From positions 32,573 through 96,572 of the forward strand of contig CAWCTR010000018.1 of NCBI GenBank assembly GCA_963798485.1: 64,000 bases of DNA. The letters are read 5' to 3'. Under the pieces are notes generated by a model. The model saw nothing but the letters and a program-made list of their open reading frames with translations. It was not told the origin of the DNA and did no database searches. Positions 63,789 through 64,000 of this stretch are shown in pieces (position 1 is the first letter of the stretch; every line of letters begins with the position of its first letter). The position numbers and the translations under genes were made by a program. This DNA is from an uncultured delta proteobacterium. GTDB lineage: Bacteria > Desulfobacterota > Desulfomonilia > UBA1062.

Positions 63789-64000
63789 ATGATTGCATTG
63801 AAATCTCGTGATGGTGGTTCGTCATTTCAGGTTTATAATGATGGCTAGCTTATAGGGCATATCAATAGGCAGAAAGGTTTGACCGGAGATTAATATCTGG
63901 CGGAGGTTGATAGGGATGGAGAAAAAGGGGGTTCCGGGAAGGAGTTTGACAGTCCGCAGGAGGCGCTTCAGTGGATCGAGAAATACAAAGGGAGGAAGGT
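63789..64000 (+). pseudogene. Interrupted small ORF
   Basis: GAGAGG SD and MIALKSRDGGSSFQVYNDG*LIGHINRQKGLTGD*YLAEV...EFDSPQEALQWIEKY with two in-frame stops. Confidence 0.4.

Larger units (their letters stand above)
60721..64000. mobile_element. Left end of an integrative element/prophage-like island at selC
   Basis: att fragment, integrase, divergent XRE regulator, AT-rich cargo, decayed recombinase; continues past the window end. Confidence 0.8.

Overview
Bacterial chromosomal window, most consistent with an anaerobic deltaproteobacterium (inferred from gene content: hcp, iorAB-paaK, HgdABC-type dehydratase, selC att site). It carries housekeeping and metabolic genes (glgX, two serA paralogs, purA, pepD, csp, trmFO-topA-dprA, ileS), a Zn/Mn uptake operon, perR-katG, an iorAB-paaK-ACT-livKHMFG-paaK' operon, a MarR-controlled 2-hydroxyacyl-CoA dehydratase-type operon, a two-subunit aconitase X, a TA module, and the left end of a tyrosine-integrase element inserted at tRNA-Sec. 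The best signals are small regulatory elements. (1) A 22-codon Tyr/Phe-rich leader peptide (MFQKTATQAYYYGFYFRKGVCP, below the ORF-track cutoff) with a complete 1:2 / 2:3 / 3:4 attenuator sits upstream of the arylacetate operon, implying that operon salvages or makes aromatic amino acids. (2) A His/Cys-rich, RAPP-terminated upstream ORF may be a metal-sensing ribosome-arrest peptide for the Zn uptake operon. (3) A sigma54-type promoter with an upstream inverted repeat precedes an unannotated 53-aa secreted Cys-containing peptide. All calls come from reading the sequence; no searches were run.
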